A DNA stretch of 64,000 nucleotides from Magallana gigas (taxonomy: Eukaryota). Position numbers and translations under genes: made by a program. The notes beneath the pieces were generated by a model. The model did not search any database. It saw nothing but the letters and a program-made list of their open reading frames with translations, and was not told where the DNA came from. The stretch is taken from NCBI RefSeq assembly GCF_963853765.1, contig NC_088859.1, forward strand, positions 45,694,001 through 45,758,000, in the 5' to 3' direction. This document shows, piece after piece, positions 51,271 to 64,000 of this stretch (position 1 is its first letter; every line of letters starts with the position of its first letter).

Positions 51271-52430
51271 NATGTCATTGAGAGCAGAGCGGATAAGATG
51301 CCCCTTGTGGTTCACGCATTAGTTGCATCAGAGACAACAAGCATATTAAATTTTTAATGAACTATATTAATGAAAACATTAAATTCATCATGCAAAATTG
51401 AGCGAAACAAATTGACACTTAACCCTTTCGCTTTTCTCAGTAAATAAATAATATTGGAATAAAAGTTAAATTTCAAGAAAATTGCTTCAGCTTTGATATT
51501 ACATGTATATATGTATAACTTGGAGCAATTTTCAAATAAAATTTCATAGCTATGAAAATGCTTCAGCATACATACCAAATAAGCTAGAGCAATTTTCATT
51601 AAAAAGCAACCCTCTTCCCAACCCTATCCACAAAAATAAAAAAGCTGGGAGACAGCTACCTTTCCTTATATAAGGTGTACGTCTGTGAGCGGGGAGTCGT
51701 GGATTCATATCCGGCTGAAGTTGTTAAATTTTTACCTTCCAAGAATTTTATAAACATATTTGCTTGTCAAATTTTAACACTATTGAATATTCTAAAAAGC
51801 TGATTACATCTTAAATATGCTGCACTTTCAACCATAGTGTTCCATTCCTCCATAAGCACATAATTACATCAAACAAGATACCATCTTTTAGCGGATATTA
51901 TGTCCCGTAATTAACGTCTGGTGATACATTTTATTTTTACGCTCCATAACACATATATCGGCGCTGTACATCCGCGTGGAATTTCGAATATTTGGGCTGG
52001 GGGTGGGGTGGGGGGCAGGTATCCCGAATATGGTGAATTTGACAGTGAATAAACGGTGGTTTAATAGTTTTAAATATCGTACTAACTGTGAGCGTACACG
52101 AAATATTTCCATTTTGTTTGTCAGTTAGATCTATATTAAGTGGTGTTTGTTGGGGGTGGGGAGGGGGGTTATACTGAGAGTAAATGCCTTTTAATTCCAT
52201 TGAAATATATTGAATAGTTGAAAACGTTAATGAAAGTGGACCAACCTGATTTCTGACAAATGCACTTAAATGGTAAAGATCTCAATTCATGGTTTTTGTA
52301 CAATAAGGGCACTCTTTTTTATCATTTCATTCACTGGGCTGTGCTTTGTCATTCACAAGCACTTTAAATATCTTCGCATCTTTATGGTTTTTTTTAAAAC
52401 GTTATGTCAGTCATATTACATGAATGATAA

Positions 52431-52549
52431 TAGCTGCAGGTCTGTAGCTCCCGATCTGAAAAATATTCGGATGAATGACCTGGGAGCTCCCAGGTCGTCT
52501 ATGTATCCGAATGTTTTTTTCCAGACCGGCAGCTACAGACCTGCAGCTA
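52431..52549. mobile_element. TIR-only palindromic derivative of the same family, perfect 9-bp TSD
   Basis: TAGCTGCAGGTCTGTAGCTCCC...GGGAGCTCCC...GCTACAGACCTGCAGCTA, flanked by GAATGATAA on both sides. Confidence 0.85.
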
Positions 52550-54618
52550 GAATGATAACGAATACTTATAAAGACTTAAATGAAACCTGTTAAAGTACCT
52601 ATTATACGTTCAAGTAAAGAATTGATTTCTTAAGGAATTTATGTCTTAATGCGTTTTGGAACATTCTAAAACGCAATAATGCTAATTCCATGCATTAACA
52701 GATTTTTTTTATGTGTGAATTTTGTAATAGATGGAACGTTGCTAGGTGTTGTTTACACGTGCTGTACAATACTTTGACTTGTATAGACGAAGATAATGCG
52801 TCTTGATCTTGAAACATTCTTAATTATTGAATGGCTGGGTCATTTAACATATTTCTAAAGGAGAGTAGACTGGATTTTATCAAAACAATGTCTGTTTTGG
52901 AGACCTTATTATGTCTACATAGAGAGTTAAACATTCATTAATAAAATCTGTCTAATTCACTTAAAGTGTCTCTTCTAAAACATTTATGCATCGATAGGTA
53001 TACAAAGACGAGTGTCTCATGTAGAATATGATCAACCATGGCGGATTATATACCTCGAATTATGTAATTCTCTCAACAATCTTCGTCTCTCTCCATTAAT
53101 CTACATAGCAGGTCTGTAGCGTGTGAGAGTTTCTCTTAGTCCCGTTCTCGAGTAAAACGGATATTATTACAAGCGGAACAGATCAAACAGATTATCTATG
53201 ATTATCAATGACTATTATTAAAGAGACTGATTCATCGAGTTCATTTTAGTCCAACCAAAAAAATCCTAAACTTGAAATAAAGTGGATATAAAATTTCACA
53301 GGTTTAAAGTTCATAATCAGCAGAAATAGTTTGTGATTTTTTTTAAACCGGAATGAGTATTCGATATAGTTCAATAGAATTTTTATAAAAATCATCAATT
53401 CATCATCAAATTTATTATCGGGTGCCGCAAAACTTGCACAAACATGTTTTTTTTTTTACCAAGCTAAGACCCAAATGCGTATCGATTAGGTTTTTTCAAT
53501 GAAGGTAATAACTGCGGCATAATAGAGTTAGACGACTCCGAAAACCGGGTGTCTGGAAAATCTCTGGCTCAAAAACACAAACCCAATTCTGTTCTTCGTC
53601 GGTGTCGCTTAGAATCGTTTATTGTTTTTTACGTTAAGTTGCTCTTTGTATATAAAACACATGGCTGTGATAACAGGATTGATGTATTTAAATTATTCCT
53701 AGCTATTCCAAGTCCCATTCAGTGAGCCTCTTGCGCAATTTTTGAGATAAAAATCATTGAAATGTTTTCGGTTATGGTTTACTTCCAGTTATTGAATAAT
53801 CGCGTTAAACAATCGTTCTTTCAAGTTTTTATCTCAAACGGAGATATTTAGGACAGTTCTATACGTAAATTTGTCATTTTTTTTTTCCAAAACTGCCATG
53901 GAAACATAGAAGAGAGAAAAAAAATTCTTGTTCAATGGAATTATACTACCTATAGTCATTTTTTTAAAATGACCATCAAATATCTAGAGATAATTCCTTA
54001 AATATGAAGGGAAAAAACTGAACTTATTGCAAAAAATAGATAGTTTTCAACGTTGCTTGCTGGAACCAAACTATAAGACCAGATTAACGCGGGTGTCATA
54101 GAGAGCCATAAATACAATTTTCACCTGAAAATATATTTCATTTTGACAATGAAATTCAGTTACAATATTATCATTGAAATTGTTTTTAAATTCGGTCTCG
54201 ATTTTGCACTAAACATTGCCAACTGTTTAATGAAACCGACATCAGTATTTTTACATTTTGTCACGTTTAAAATTTTCCAATTTTGATCATGTGTATACCT
54301 TGTCAGTAAATGAACACCTTTGCCATCAACAGAGAAACATTGGAAATCGAATGTCACTAAATTGCGTATTACAAAAGAAATTATCAGTGCTGTCAAATAA
54401 AATACATGTAATGGGTTTTTACATTTAAAAAAAAACTTTTAAAATTTACTGTTGTCGATGAAAAGTGTCGTTAAACAAGGAAAATTTACAATACTCCCAT
54501 TCGTCATTCACCCACCAAAAAGAAAAATCCGAAAAAAAAATATTTCAAAATATTAGAAAAAAGCAGGTGTTAACAGGTCGGCGTGGCGGAGGAATTCTAC
54601 GAAGTAGGGTGCCCGAAC

Positions 54619-54720
54619 CAGGAAGTGAAGTAGAATGCTCATACCAGGTCTTTCCAACACCTTGTGCAGCAATCAAAACGTTGTAATTCATTAGGAAATT
54701 ATTGGAAACATGTATAAAAG
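54619..54720 (+). promoter_or_regulatory. Putative IL-17 core promoter (TATA box, ETS site, kB-like site)
   Basis: TATAAAAG at 54713-54720, CAGGAAGTG (ETS core) at 54619-54627, AGGTCTTTCC (8/10 match to GGGACTTTCC) at 54646-54655. Confidence 0.5.
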
Positions 54721-54770
54721 TACTCTTGACCTCTGGATAGTATTTGGGATTTTTTGCACTTCGATAAGGG

Positions 54771-56070
54771 ATGATTAAAATATACGTAAGTACTTTTAGT
54801 TTAACCGCGTGAATAGAGAAGGTAAAGAAATATACCGGTATTTATATATATGCGAGTTAAATTGTAAATGGTAATTCGTCTGATGAATAGAAAACATCGC
54901 TAGATATATGTTGTGAAACAGAGACGATCCTGATTTTAAGAATGTGTAAACATTTTGAAAAATAATGCATTATCTATTTTTTTTTGTATAATGTCCTCTG
55001 TTATCTGTTTTCCAGTGATTGCATAAAATTTTACAACGGCATATTTTTGGTGACATGGGCAACAATTTTTTGATGTGCCCTCCAAATATAGCTGGCAAAT
55101 AAACACGTTTGAGACTTAAAGTACTCAAATGCATAATGGAATTTTGTTACTATTCATCATAAATTTCGGAATTAAGTTTTTTCTCTAAACAAGTCGCGAC
55201 AAAAGTGTGCCCATGAATAAATTTCTGCATTTTATAACACATTATTTTGAACAATTATTCAAATAAAAGAAAGAAAAAAATATTATATTTTTTAAAAAAT
55301 CTATTTAATTTTACGATGTAACTTCAAACGCAATGAATGTGTAAAATCTTGATAACAGCCACGAAAATTAACAAGTACATGTAATATAGGTGTATTCGGC
55401 AATAATTTAGTTTCCTCTTATTTTTATGTTAAAGTATAAGGTACATCTCTAAATAGAAATACTCTAAATAGAAATACCGGTACTTCAAAGCGTTACTCCT
55501 GTTTGAAGAAAGCTGATTTTGTTACAGATTCAGCAGTTATTAGTTCTGGGAGTATTTGTGGATCTTTACTTCAACTTATGCCCCGATCCTATGCGAGTGA
55601 AGATTCTAGGCAGTCGCAGGAAACAAGTGATCCTATCGCCCTATATTTACGATCTCGACTGGTCTTTCGGTATGATCGCTTCATTGAACACAAAGACGGA
55701 TAAAAACTGCGACTGTCAAACGCGCTCCGAGAATAAAACCATCAATATATCCGGGAGCAGGAATTGTTCCTTAAAGGAGCTTAGTAGAAAAAAAGTGGTG
55801 GACAGTTGTCCATATCACTACCAACTGAACTACGACCGATTCAGGATACCCCAATCTATAATACAGGTCAAATGTAACTGTGATAATTGCATCGGAAGGA
55901 AGCCCGACGGATCTCTACAGGAACTGCATGACGGGAGATGTACAGAGGTCATGATTCCCCGCAAGGTTCTCAGGCTCTGCAGCAAAAAGAGGAGAAAGGT
56001 ATACACAGTACGGATCGAGGAGTACGCGGTGGCCTGCACGTGTCAATGGCCTAACCCTAACCAAGTCTAA
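54771..56070 (+). CDS. IL17: Interleukin-17 family cytokine (~185 aa)
   Basis: Exon 2 (55528-56070, acceptor TTTTGTTACAG) encodes IL-17 cystine-knot motifs SCPYHYQLNYDRFRIPQSIIQVKCNCDNC...GRCTEV...VL...EEYAVACTC. The best exon 1 is 54771-54785 (ATG ATT AAA ATA TAC/GTAAGT, phase 0), 58 bp after a TATAAAAG box. Family call ~0.9; exon 1 ~0.7. Confidence 0.88.
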
Positions 56071-58681
56071 GTGAACATAATCCAAGAATCGCCGCGTCCA
56101 AGACAAATACCTCAGTGTTGTTACAGATGTGTTGTTGTTATTTTTATACTTTTGTTAAATTTAAAGACTATTTTTATACACTTTTTTGAGAATTTTATTT
56201 TACAATGCAGTATAATGTCGGAGTGTCCATTCCGTTAAAAGTCCCGGGGCTGTGAACGCATATAGTCCATTGTGTCCCGGGGACGAGGAACAGCTTCATT
56301 GTGTTACAATCCGATTTCTGCTTTTTAAAAAAGAAATTTTTGTACATATGGTCAGTGCATATTTTGAGTGGACAGGTATAAACTTCAGCCTTGAGTAAAG
56401 GCTATCCCTGTCCACTTTTCACCAAAAAAAAAAAAAAAAAAAACAACAGTTAAAAGCTAAATGGCATAAACGTTTTGTGTGTGTGTGTGTGTGTGGATGA
56501 ATTATTTGTTCTGTGTATGATGATTTACTTTTAACCAAGAATATGCATTCATACATCTTTGGTTTATTTGTCCATTGAATTCACGTCTTTCCAAAAAGGG
56601 AGTTAACGCTTGTCAAAACAGTACAACATACAGTCACTTCCATCTACAATGGATTTTGGATTGTGATAAATAGAATATTTGAGAAAATTTTTCCAATATT
56701 TTAAAATTGTGTATAGTATACATGTTTATATCAAAGTTTATCAATGGGTAGCTGGAAAACAAGCATTATGGGCCTTCTAAAATATTACACCGAAAGAGCT
56801 GCATTCTACACCATTACACGACCCAGAATTGAGGGATCTGTGCTGCAGGTTGTATTGCTCAAAACAACTAATGAACCCAGGAGACAATATCCTTTAAGTT
56901 AAATTTATACTTCTGTAATATGAACTTTTATTTTATTTTAAAAGTGTGTTTTATTTGTAAATTGCTGTTTTCTGTTTTATAGTGCATTCATTATATTTAT
57001 CAGCTCTAGCATTATGTGAGAAATGTAATAATTATTGTCCCGAAAATATTTTCTGCTAATATAGATCAAATTATCAAATACACGCTCTCGAGTGATATGT
57101 TGACTTGCCAATTTAAAGTACTTATTTGTTTTATCATTATGTGAATATATAAACTGTAAATACATGTAAATGAATGCACCGGTGTTTTGTTTCATACAAA
57201 AATTGTTCATTCAGGGTTCTCCATCTTTACAATTTTGCAGTAGTGCAAAAAGAAAGTCATTTCAGTGCATGATCATGCATCCTTTTTGGCGATCAATGAC
57301 AGACACTGTGATAGACACAAATGTCTATAGCTACATCATTATTACTTGAACACCAATTTGAGTGGAATTAATAACTAAATCAATCTGCAGAAATTAAACA
57401 TTCAATGAAGTAAGAATTGTCACAAAAATTGTTGTAAGTAGGGCTTTTGTTCAGTAATAGAACGTTCTTAAAACTTTGAAGTTGAAAGAAAATGAAAAAA
57501 AATTAGAAATTGAAGAAGTTTTAAATCACAATATTCCATATCTATTTTCTCAAGAATAATTATCCTCTTCAGTATTTACTGAAGAAACCCATAGCAAAAA
57601 AAAAAAATTTAGTGTGTCAAGAAATATTCTTTGACAGAAAACAAGTAAGCTGTGGTTGTTGTTGAACAGAAAAAAAACTAATGGAGAACCTTGGCATAAA
57701 TGTAATATGCACATTCCTTGAGATCTTAGCAAGACTGGTTTTATATTACTTTCACTTTTCAAGTAACTCTCTAAAACTTCTTCTTTGATATTGGTGAGAT
57801 AAATGTCTATATTCAATATGTGCATTTTGTTTTTCACTTGTTTTCACTCTCTTATTCATGTGTATTAAGATAAAAATATATAATCTAAAGTATTTTGTTT
57901 TATGGGTTTTACATTGAGTATTGTTGTTTTACATTACATAACACTGTGCAAATTGAAGAAATCATTAGAATTATTCTATTTTCATCTTGGTGGTAAAATT
58001 GCACACCTAGAGTACCTTTCAAGTATTTAAATTTCTGAGGGACTTTGTCAATGACAGGCTGTAAAGCTGCCTTCTTGACATGAAATAGTGCACAAACCAG
58101 AAAACTGGGTTAGGAGATTTACATAGATAAGACTTCTACCAGTTTTGTCAACATGCTATTGACATAGCAGTCTGGCACCAAGCTATTTTCTGGTGGTGTA
58201 TGCATGAAAATAGTATTGAAAATTAAATCAGAAAATCTGAACAAACATTAAATTGATTTAGCCAAAATCCTTGCTGCTTCTCAACAGCAGTCACAATGAT
58301 TTATGTGATTTTTTTCAGGATGCTATAGTTTCAGGCCCTTAAAATGAAAATATTATCTGATATAACACATGTATCTTAAATAAATTTATAAGGTTTTCAA
58401 ATCATATAGATTCTGTTTTTTAGAGTCTTAAAATGTATGTAATTTAAAACAGGAAAATTTGAGAAAAAAAAACCACAGACATTTTCTTTTAAAATTTATT
58501 GGTGATTTTGTCAAAAATAATTTCAAAAAAACGACAGTATTGTCGTTTTTTCTTTACACATGCATTTTATTTATATGAACTACACATAAAAACTGCCACA
58601 GAAAAGACACAAAGCTTGCCCTTGTAGCAGATCCTTAGCAACAACTGCATGTACAGGGTGAGAGAACAATTCAAGATATAC

Positions 58682-61600
58682 TTAAAATGTGACTGAACCT
58701 TCAGGAAGACTACTGTTAATCAGTCTGTAATATCTCAAGTCGTTCACAAACCGATTCACATTCTGAGTAAAAGATGGCAAATCCTGCAGATAAAGAAACA
58801 ACATAGTCTGTAAAACAATGTACGACTCAGCATAAAGGTGCACACTTTAACTAATCTCTCGCATATCTGAGATGGTTATGTAACGATTTATCTAAACACT
58901 ATTGTTAAAAGAATTTAAATTCATTATTGTAGCTTTTGTGAAGTATGTGAATTTAAGAGTCTTTATCAGAGCATTCAAACAAATTAATCAATTCATGTTC
59001 ATGATTTCAATTCATGAATTCATGTACTTATATGTATAGCATACTAAATTCACAAAAATGAACTAAACATGGTTTCACATTTGATAAACTAGGTTTATCT
59101 ATAAGCTATAGTTAATGAATTATTAACTATAGTTTTTATCTGTAGAACCATATTTATAGTTTATGAATGCTAATTTAAGTTTGTCTGTAAATACCGTATT
59201 TCCAATTTTTTTTAACGAGTCACAAAAATTTGGAAAATGGGGAAAATCTGTAACATTTTTCATTTGCGTATGTCATTTTTAGCGATTTAATAAGTTTCTT
59301 ATAGAAAATGCTACAGGACAAAATTTTTGCATATTCAATAATTTGCGATTCAAAAGAGGTCGCAAAAAAGTGAAAATTAGATCATCACGAAAATTACAGT
59401 ATATACGGTAAACAATAGATTATACTGATAAATATCGATTCCCATCTGTGAACTATAATATACATTCATTAACTATAGTTAAGAGTTGTTTATCATAGTT
59501 TCACAAATCATTGCAATAGCAAATGATTGTTTTCAGTGTGAGTTATAGTTTACACTTCTGAAACATTGATTACAGTTAAACTCGGTTATAGGGAAGTCCT
59601 AGGGACCAAAGGATTTACTTCGTTATATCCGTAATTCGTTAAATCCGTATAACAAATTCGTAATAATAACTTGGCAAATTCACTATATACATGTTTTCTT
59701 TCACAAACTATAATTTTTACTTATTGAGGCTTAGAATTAAAATATATTACTTTGATACCTAAAATGATCGGACTGTGGGTCGAAAATTTATATGAAAATA
59801 AATGTATTCAAACTATTATGTGAAATAGTAGAGCAAACTACTATTAAACTGAAAGAAATTCGTTATAAAAGTGTTATATTTCATTATTATTAACTTTTAC
59901 AGGACTCAAAATCAGTTCGCTATATCCGTAAATTCGTTATATCCGAATCCGTTATATCCGTAAAATTTTGCAAAGGTTTGTTAAGAATTTTCCTGGGGAC
60001 TCAAAAAACTTCGCTATATCTGAGAATTTGCTATATCCGTGTTCATAGTAAACGAGTTTTACTGTATTGTGTTAACTTTTATGGTTTTCAGATGTGAAAT
60101 AAAGATTAACATCGTTAACTATAGTTTAAACCTAGTTTTCTGTCTGTGAAACTATGTTTAGCTCAAATTTGTGAGTTTGAAATGCCATATAAAGGGGTTT
60201 TACAATTCACCTTATCTACTTTGAAATTCCTAACGAGAATATTTCGTTGATTGGCGTCCAGTCCTTCACAAGAAGACACAAAGTGTGGCAAGAACTCAGC
60301 ATAGAATCGGCTGAAGTCCGCGGAGGCCATGTTGTACACTGTCACAACGATTTCCTCATGAAGCAGGTCATGGGATTTATGCACCAAAACTTGCACAAGA
60401 ACATTCAAAAACTGTAGTAGCATCACTTCTCTGAAGATTGGCTACAATGAATGGAAATGCAGAGTTTTTTCAATTGATAATAAAGATATTGGAAGAAAGC
60501 ACAAAAACATTAAAATACTGAAGTACATGTAGCATCACTTCTCAATAGATTGGCTACAATATATTAAAATGTACTTTATGTGTATTTGTAAAAAAGAATT
60601 TGGAGTAAAAGCATCACAGTTAATAAGTAATGCTTTCCTTCAAATCTTTTCTCATCTTTAAGCATCAAGTAGAATGTTGGTTGTGTAGTAAAGGGACAGG
60701 ACATATCACTTGATTTCTATTCTGAAATTATGCTAATTTTAGCTATGCTAATTGGAAGGAATTTAAACCAGAGTGATTCTAATTTATATCAACTGATAAG
60801 ACAGTCACGGTTTGGTGGATCACCATGTGAATGTTTCTAGTCAATTTATAATCCAGCATTAAAAACTCTAGTGTGTCAGCCAGTGAAGCAGCAAATGGCT
60901 TGTTCTCTGAATTTTGTTGACACATTTTACAGTTTATCGTTTTTGCCACTATAACTTCCTGGTTCTTGATTTAGCTAGCTTCATATATCGTCTAAAACCC
61001 AAAGAAACATAATACTATTATCGCTGGTTCTTCCAATTGCAAAGGCTTGGGTGGGTACATTTATATGATTTTGATGACTGCATTTCAGCAAAAAGTGTTA
61101 GTATGAGCATCAGGTCTTTACATCAGTTCTGTTATTTGATACTTTTGACACCAAATTATGCAAATAGTGCTTGAAATCCTGTACACCTGAAGGTCACAAA
61201 TTGAATTCTGTGATTAAGTGCGGTATGATAATTTGTCTGCACAGTCTGGTATGATATAGGACAGACAATATCCAAAAATAAGCTAAATTAAAGTACATTT
61301 CCTAAAATAGAACACATATCTAACTTGCCAAGTGACAATTAACCATGTGGTTTTCAAGATTAAGTTAAAATTGTTAATGGATTACACACAGCAATTACCC
61401 TAAGTAAAAATACATGTTCAATATATAGCAATATTTAACCCCCCCCCCCCTCCCAAAAAAAAAAATAAAAATAAAAAGCCTCAACTTCTGCCCAATTGCC
61501 TGGGCAGTGAATTACACAATTTAACATCTGGACATTATGAACATAATAATAATAATATATGACTTAACTACTGCTATCATGACTGTGACAGTACAGAAAA

Positions 61601-63075
61601 AATATTATTAAATCAATACATTTTCACTATGTGGCTACAGGGACCATCAATTTCGCAATTTAATTAAAGAAATTCATGGACATCATAAGTAAAGAAATTC
61701 ATGGACATCAAAACCATGCATTAGTTTTTTCTCAAATATATATGGAAGTAAAGAATGGCCATGTTGGACCTGCCCTAGGGCCTGAACCCCTATCCCATGG
61801 ACCATGAATTTCACAATCTAAGTAGAGGACTTTATGGACATCAGAATCATGCATTTAGTATTTTTCCACAAATGTGGAAGTAGAGAATAAGATTTTTGAA
61901 AATTTGGCAGTTTTTGCTTATTTGGTCCCACCTATGAGGCCCAGGGGATAGTAAGGTCATAAATATCACAATTTAGATTCCTCTTATCCCAGAGTTTACA
62001 TTTATATGCCATCAAACAATCTGCAACATACATGTATCTTCAAATGTCTTAATATTTTGAGCAAGGATTCAACCACTTTTTCAATTAATCTTTGAATTTT
62101 ATCACTGACAATTAATCTATCTTTATACCAAAGTTAAACTTGAATATTAAAGCTATCAAAAAATACTTAATACAAGTGAATATGACTATGCAATATACAT
62201 GAGTAACACATCTTAATAGATCCCGTAATACACAATACAAAATTAACTTCTCTTCGGCCATTAAACTGAGCTCCAAAATATGACCAAAGAACCAAAATAG
62301 TTCAAAATGACAGTGTCTAAAAAGATGCAATTAATAAAATATCAATCCAAATACATTTTGCAGCCCTGAGTTACATATTTCCATCAATGATCTTGAATAG
62401 ATTCATATTACTAATAAAGTGGAACTACTTGAGCAGTTCTTTAGTCTAATTGATTCATCTGAAACTTACTTTTTGGTAAAGTTTCCATTTGGCATTCAAG
62501 GTTTCTAAAGATTCCAGGTTTTGTTTAAAGACAGCAAGGTCTGGTTGCAGGAATGATTGGCCGTATGACTGAAAAGGAAACCAAAAGCCATTGAAAGCAG
62601 TGGAGTCTATATCAAAGATATACAATGTAGTCTTAAATCATAGCAACATCTTTCAATGGCCTTTCATTTGTTAGAGTTTAAATCACCAAATCAATGGTTT
62701 TTTTTATAAATATACAGAAAAACATATGAAAAGTCATCATAGATACATCAAATAGACTATAAGATTTTTGTTTACCATTCCGCCTTCCTGTATCAATTCA
62801 CTTGTTATGTAGTAGGTAACTAAGTATTACTTTTGAATATACATACAGTAGTTCTGAGTTACGAATTGAGGTCAACAGACCTCAGATGTCAGCATGCTAC
62901 AAACCTGCATGATGGCAGTGAACTGTTGGGCGTTCTGGACATCCCCATTTCCATTCTGGGGGGACTGAGAATGTAAAGTCTTTAGGACACTTCCCTTGAA
63001 GAAATAACGCCAGTTGTTCATTATCAACTCATGGACTAGTCTATATAAACTTTGTTTAATATCAGGAGATGGACG
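58682..63075 (-). CDS. XPO6: Exportin-6, last four coding exons (gene continues beyond the window end)
   Basis: Exons 62905-63075 (RPSPDIKQSLYRLVHELIMNNWRYFFK...QFTAIMQ), 62470-62568 (SYGQSFLQPDLAVFKQNL...), 60211-60441 (PIFREVMLLQFLNVLVQVLVHKSHDLLHEEI...NFKVDK), 58682-58783 (DLPSFTQNVNRFVNDLRYYRL...*). Closely matches the C-terminus of vertebrate XPO6 as I recall it. Confidence 0.94.
59194..59408. mobile_element. Degenerate TA-flanked MITE
   Basis: TA/CCGTAT ... ATACGG/TA; short TIR only. Confidence 0.45.
59573..60064. mobile_element. TA-flanked MITE in an XPO6 intron
   Basis: TA/CAGTTAAACTCGGTTATAG ... AGTAAACGAGTTTTACTG/TA, with internal CGTTATATCCG repeats. Confidence 0.7.
61640..61990. 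repeat. Fragment of an oyster interspersed/satellite repeat (Cg170/Helentron-related)
   Basis: Motifs such as CCATGAATTTCACAAT, GAAGTAGAGAATAAGATTTTTGAAAATTTGG and CACAATTTAGATTCCTCTTATCCC. Family assignment is from memory. Confidence 0.4.
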
Positions 63076-63241
63076 CTGCAAGAAAAAAGAATAGCATGGA
63101 ATCATTTTTATGTTACGAACAATATGTAATAAAATTGGATGCAATAATAAAGGGTAGACAATAATTTTTAACATGTAATCATATTTATATGATTAAGCAC
63201 ATTTAAAACACAACATTCCTTTTTACACCTGCAAAAGATAA

Positions 63242-63243
<2 letters not shown>

Positions 63244-63278
<35 letters not shown>

Positions 63279-63900
63279 GAACAACAGGTATGATAAAGTC
63301 AGCTTAATGGAGTCATAATACAATCTGGACAATGTACATTAATACATGTAGATCCTGTATAAATAAAATCCATTTTTCCCCCTTGGAACTCGGATAGCCC
63401 TGATTGCTGCCAATATTTACAAGAGCAGACTTTAATCACCGCTCCTGCACATATATAGGGACTCAACGTTACGCAGGCAGGGATGACCGCACACCTACGC
63501 AACTCAACAGGTACAAACATTAACGCAAGCAGAGATAACGCAAGCAGGGATGACCGCACACTTGCGCCAACAGCTCAACCTAACGCAGGCGCCGCAATCA
63601 CCACCAATACAAGCAGGTATGACCGCACACTTGTATTAATGCGATACAGGGCAGAAATGACCACACATTCTGTATCGTTGGTTAGAAAAACACGAAGATT
63701 AGATAGACCAGGGATGTTAACACCCTCAATCTCTCCGTACCTGTTCAAGTTTAACCCCAAACAGTCGCTCGGTACAAAGCAATAGACACTGTCCCTATAT
63801 ATGTGCCGGCCTAAAATAATTCATAGTATCTAAAAATTGGAAATCAAAAATAAACAAACTAATCCAGCCTAACCCAAAACTACTTATGCAAAACAACTTA
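63244..63900. mobile_element. Oyster-type interspersed element head with internal short tandem repeats
   Basis: Starts AACAAGAGGCCCATGGGCCACATCGCTCACCTG (palindrome GGCCCATGGGCC), which I recall as a common Crassostrea Helentron-associated terminus. GCAGGGATGACCGCACAC recurs 3-4 times at 63476-63670. Right boundary uncertain. Confidence 0.5.
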
Positions 63901-64000
63901 TATACATTGAATATTTATTATTGTATAAAAATAATCATCACAATAATTGGTTAACAGTGGATGCATTAATTAAAATAATCAAGAATCAATAAATCAAGGG

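Noticed and set aside
51013-51357. ORFs spanning X runs
   Set aside because: Artefacts of the 196-N assembly gap.
48450-54400. Additional protein-coding gene between the GT31 cluster and IL-17
   Set aside because: Only short ORFs with no recognisable motifs or consistent splice chain; mostly repeat fragments.
55426-55440. Alternative IL-17 first exon ATG TTA AAG TAT AAG/GTACAT
   Set aside because: Phase fits, but the donor is weaker and there is no TATA box. 54771-54785 is better supported; not fully excluded.

Overview
AT-rich eukaryotic (metazoan) genomic DNA with spliceosomal introns. The gene and repeat content looks like a bivalve, probably an ostreid oyster (inference). Seven protein-coding loci were rebuilt by hand from GT-AG exons: (1) ADAMTS6/10-like metalloprotease (minus, 24 exons found, 290-~16431, first exon unresolved); (2) TRAPPC5 (plus, 7 exons, one U12-type intron); (3) CDC20/fizzy (minus, 9 coding exons, promoter with CDE/CHR and CCAAT boxes); (4,5) two single-exon GT31 beta-1,3-galactosyltransferase-like genes in a ~9-10 kb tandem segmental duplication, each with a 37-bp satellite array upstream; (6) an IL-17-family cytokine (plus, 5-codon first exon); (7) the 3' four exons of exportin-6 (minus, runs off the window). 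Introns and intergenic DNA carry many non-autonomous DNA transposons (a Helitron and TA-, TTAA-, 5-bp- and 9-bp-TSD elements), microsatellites and a 196-N gap. There are no prokaryotic features, CRISPR arrays or intact tRNA/rRNA genes. Most notable: intronic repeats built from copies of the adjacent splice sites (ADAMTS donor and acceptor, XPO6 acceptor); the GT31 pair with an apparent gene-conversion tract, a diverged C-terminal region and TGATTGAT-rich satellites; and the minor-spliceosome intron. All coordinates were read by eye and may be off by a few bases.
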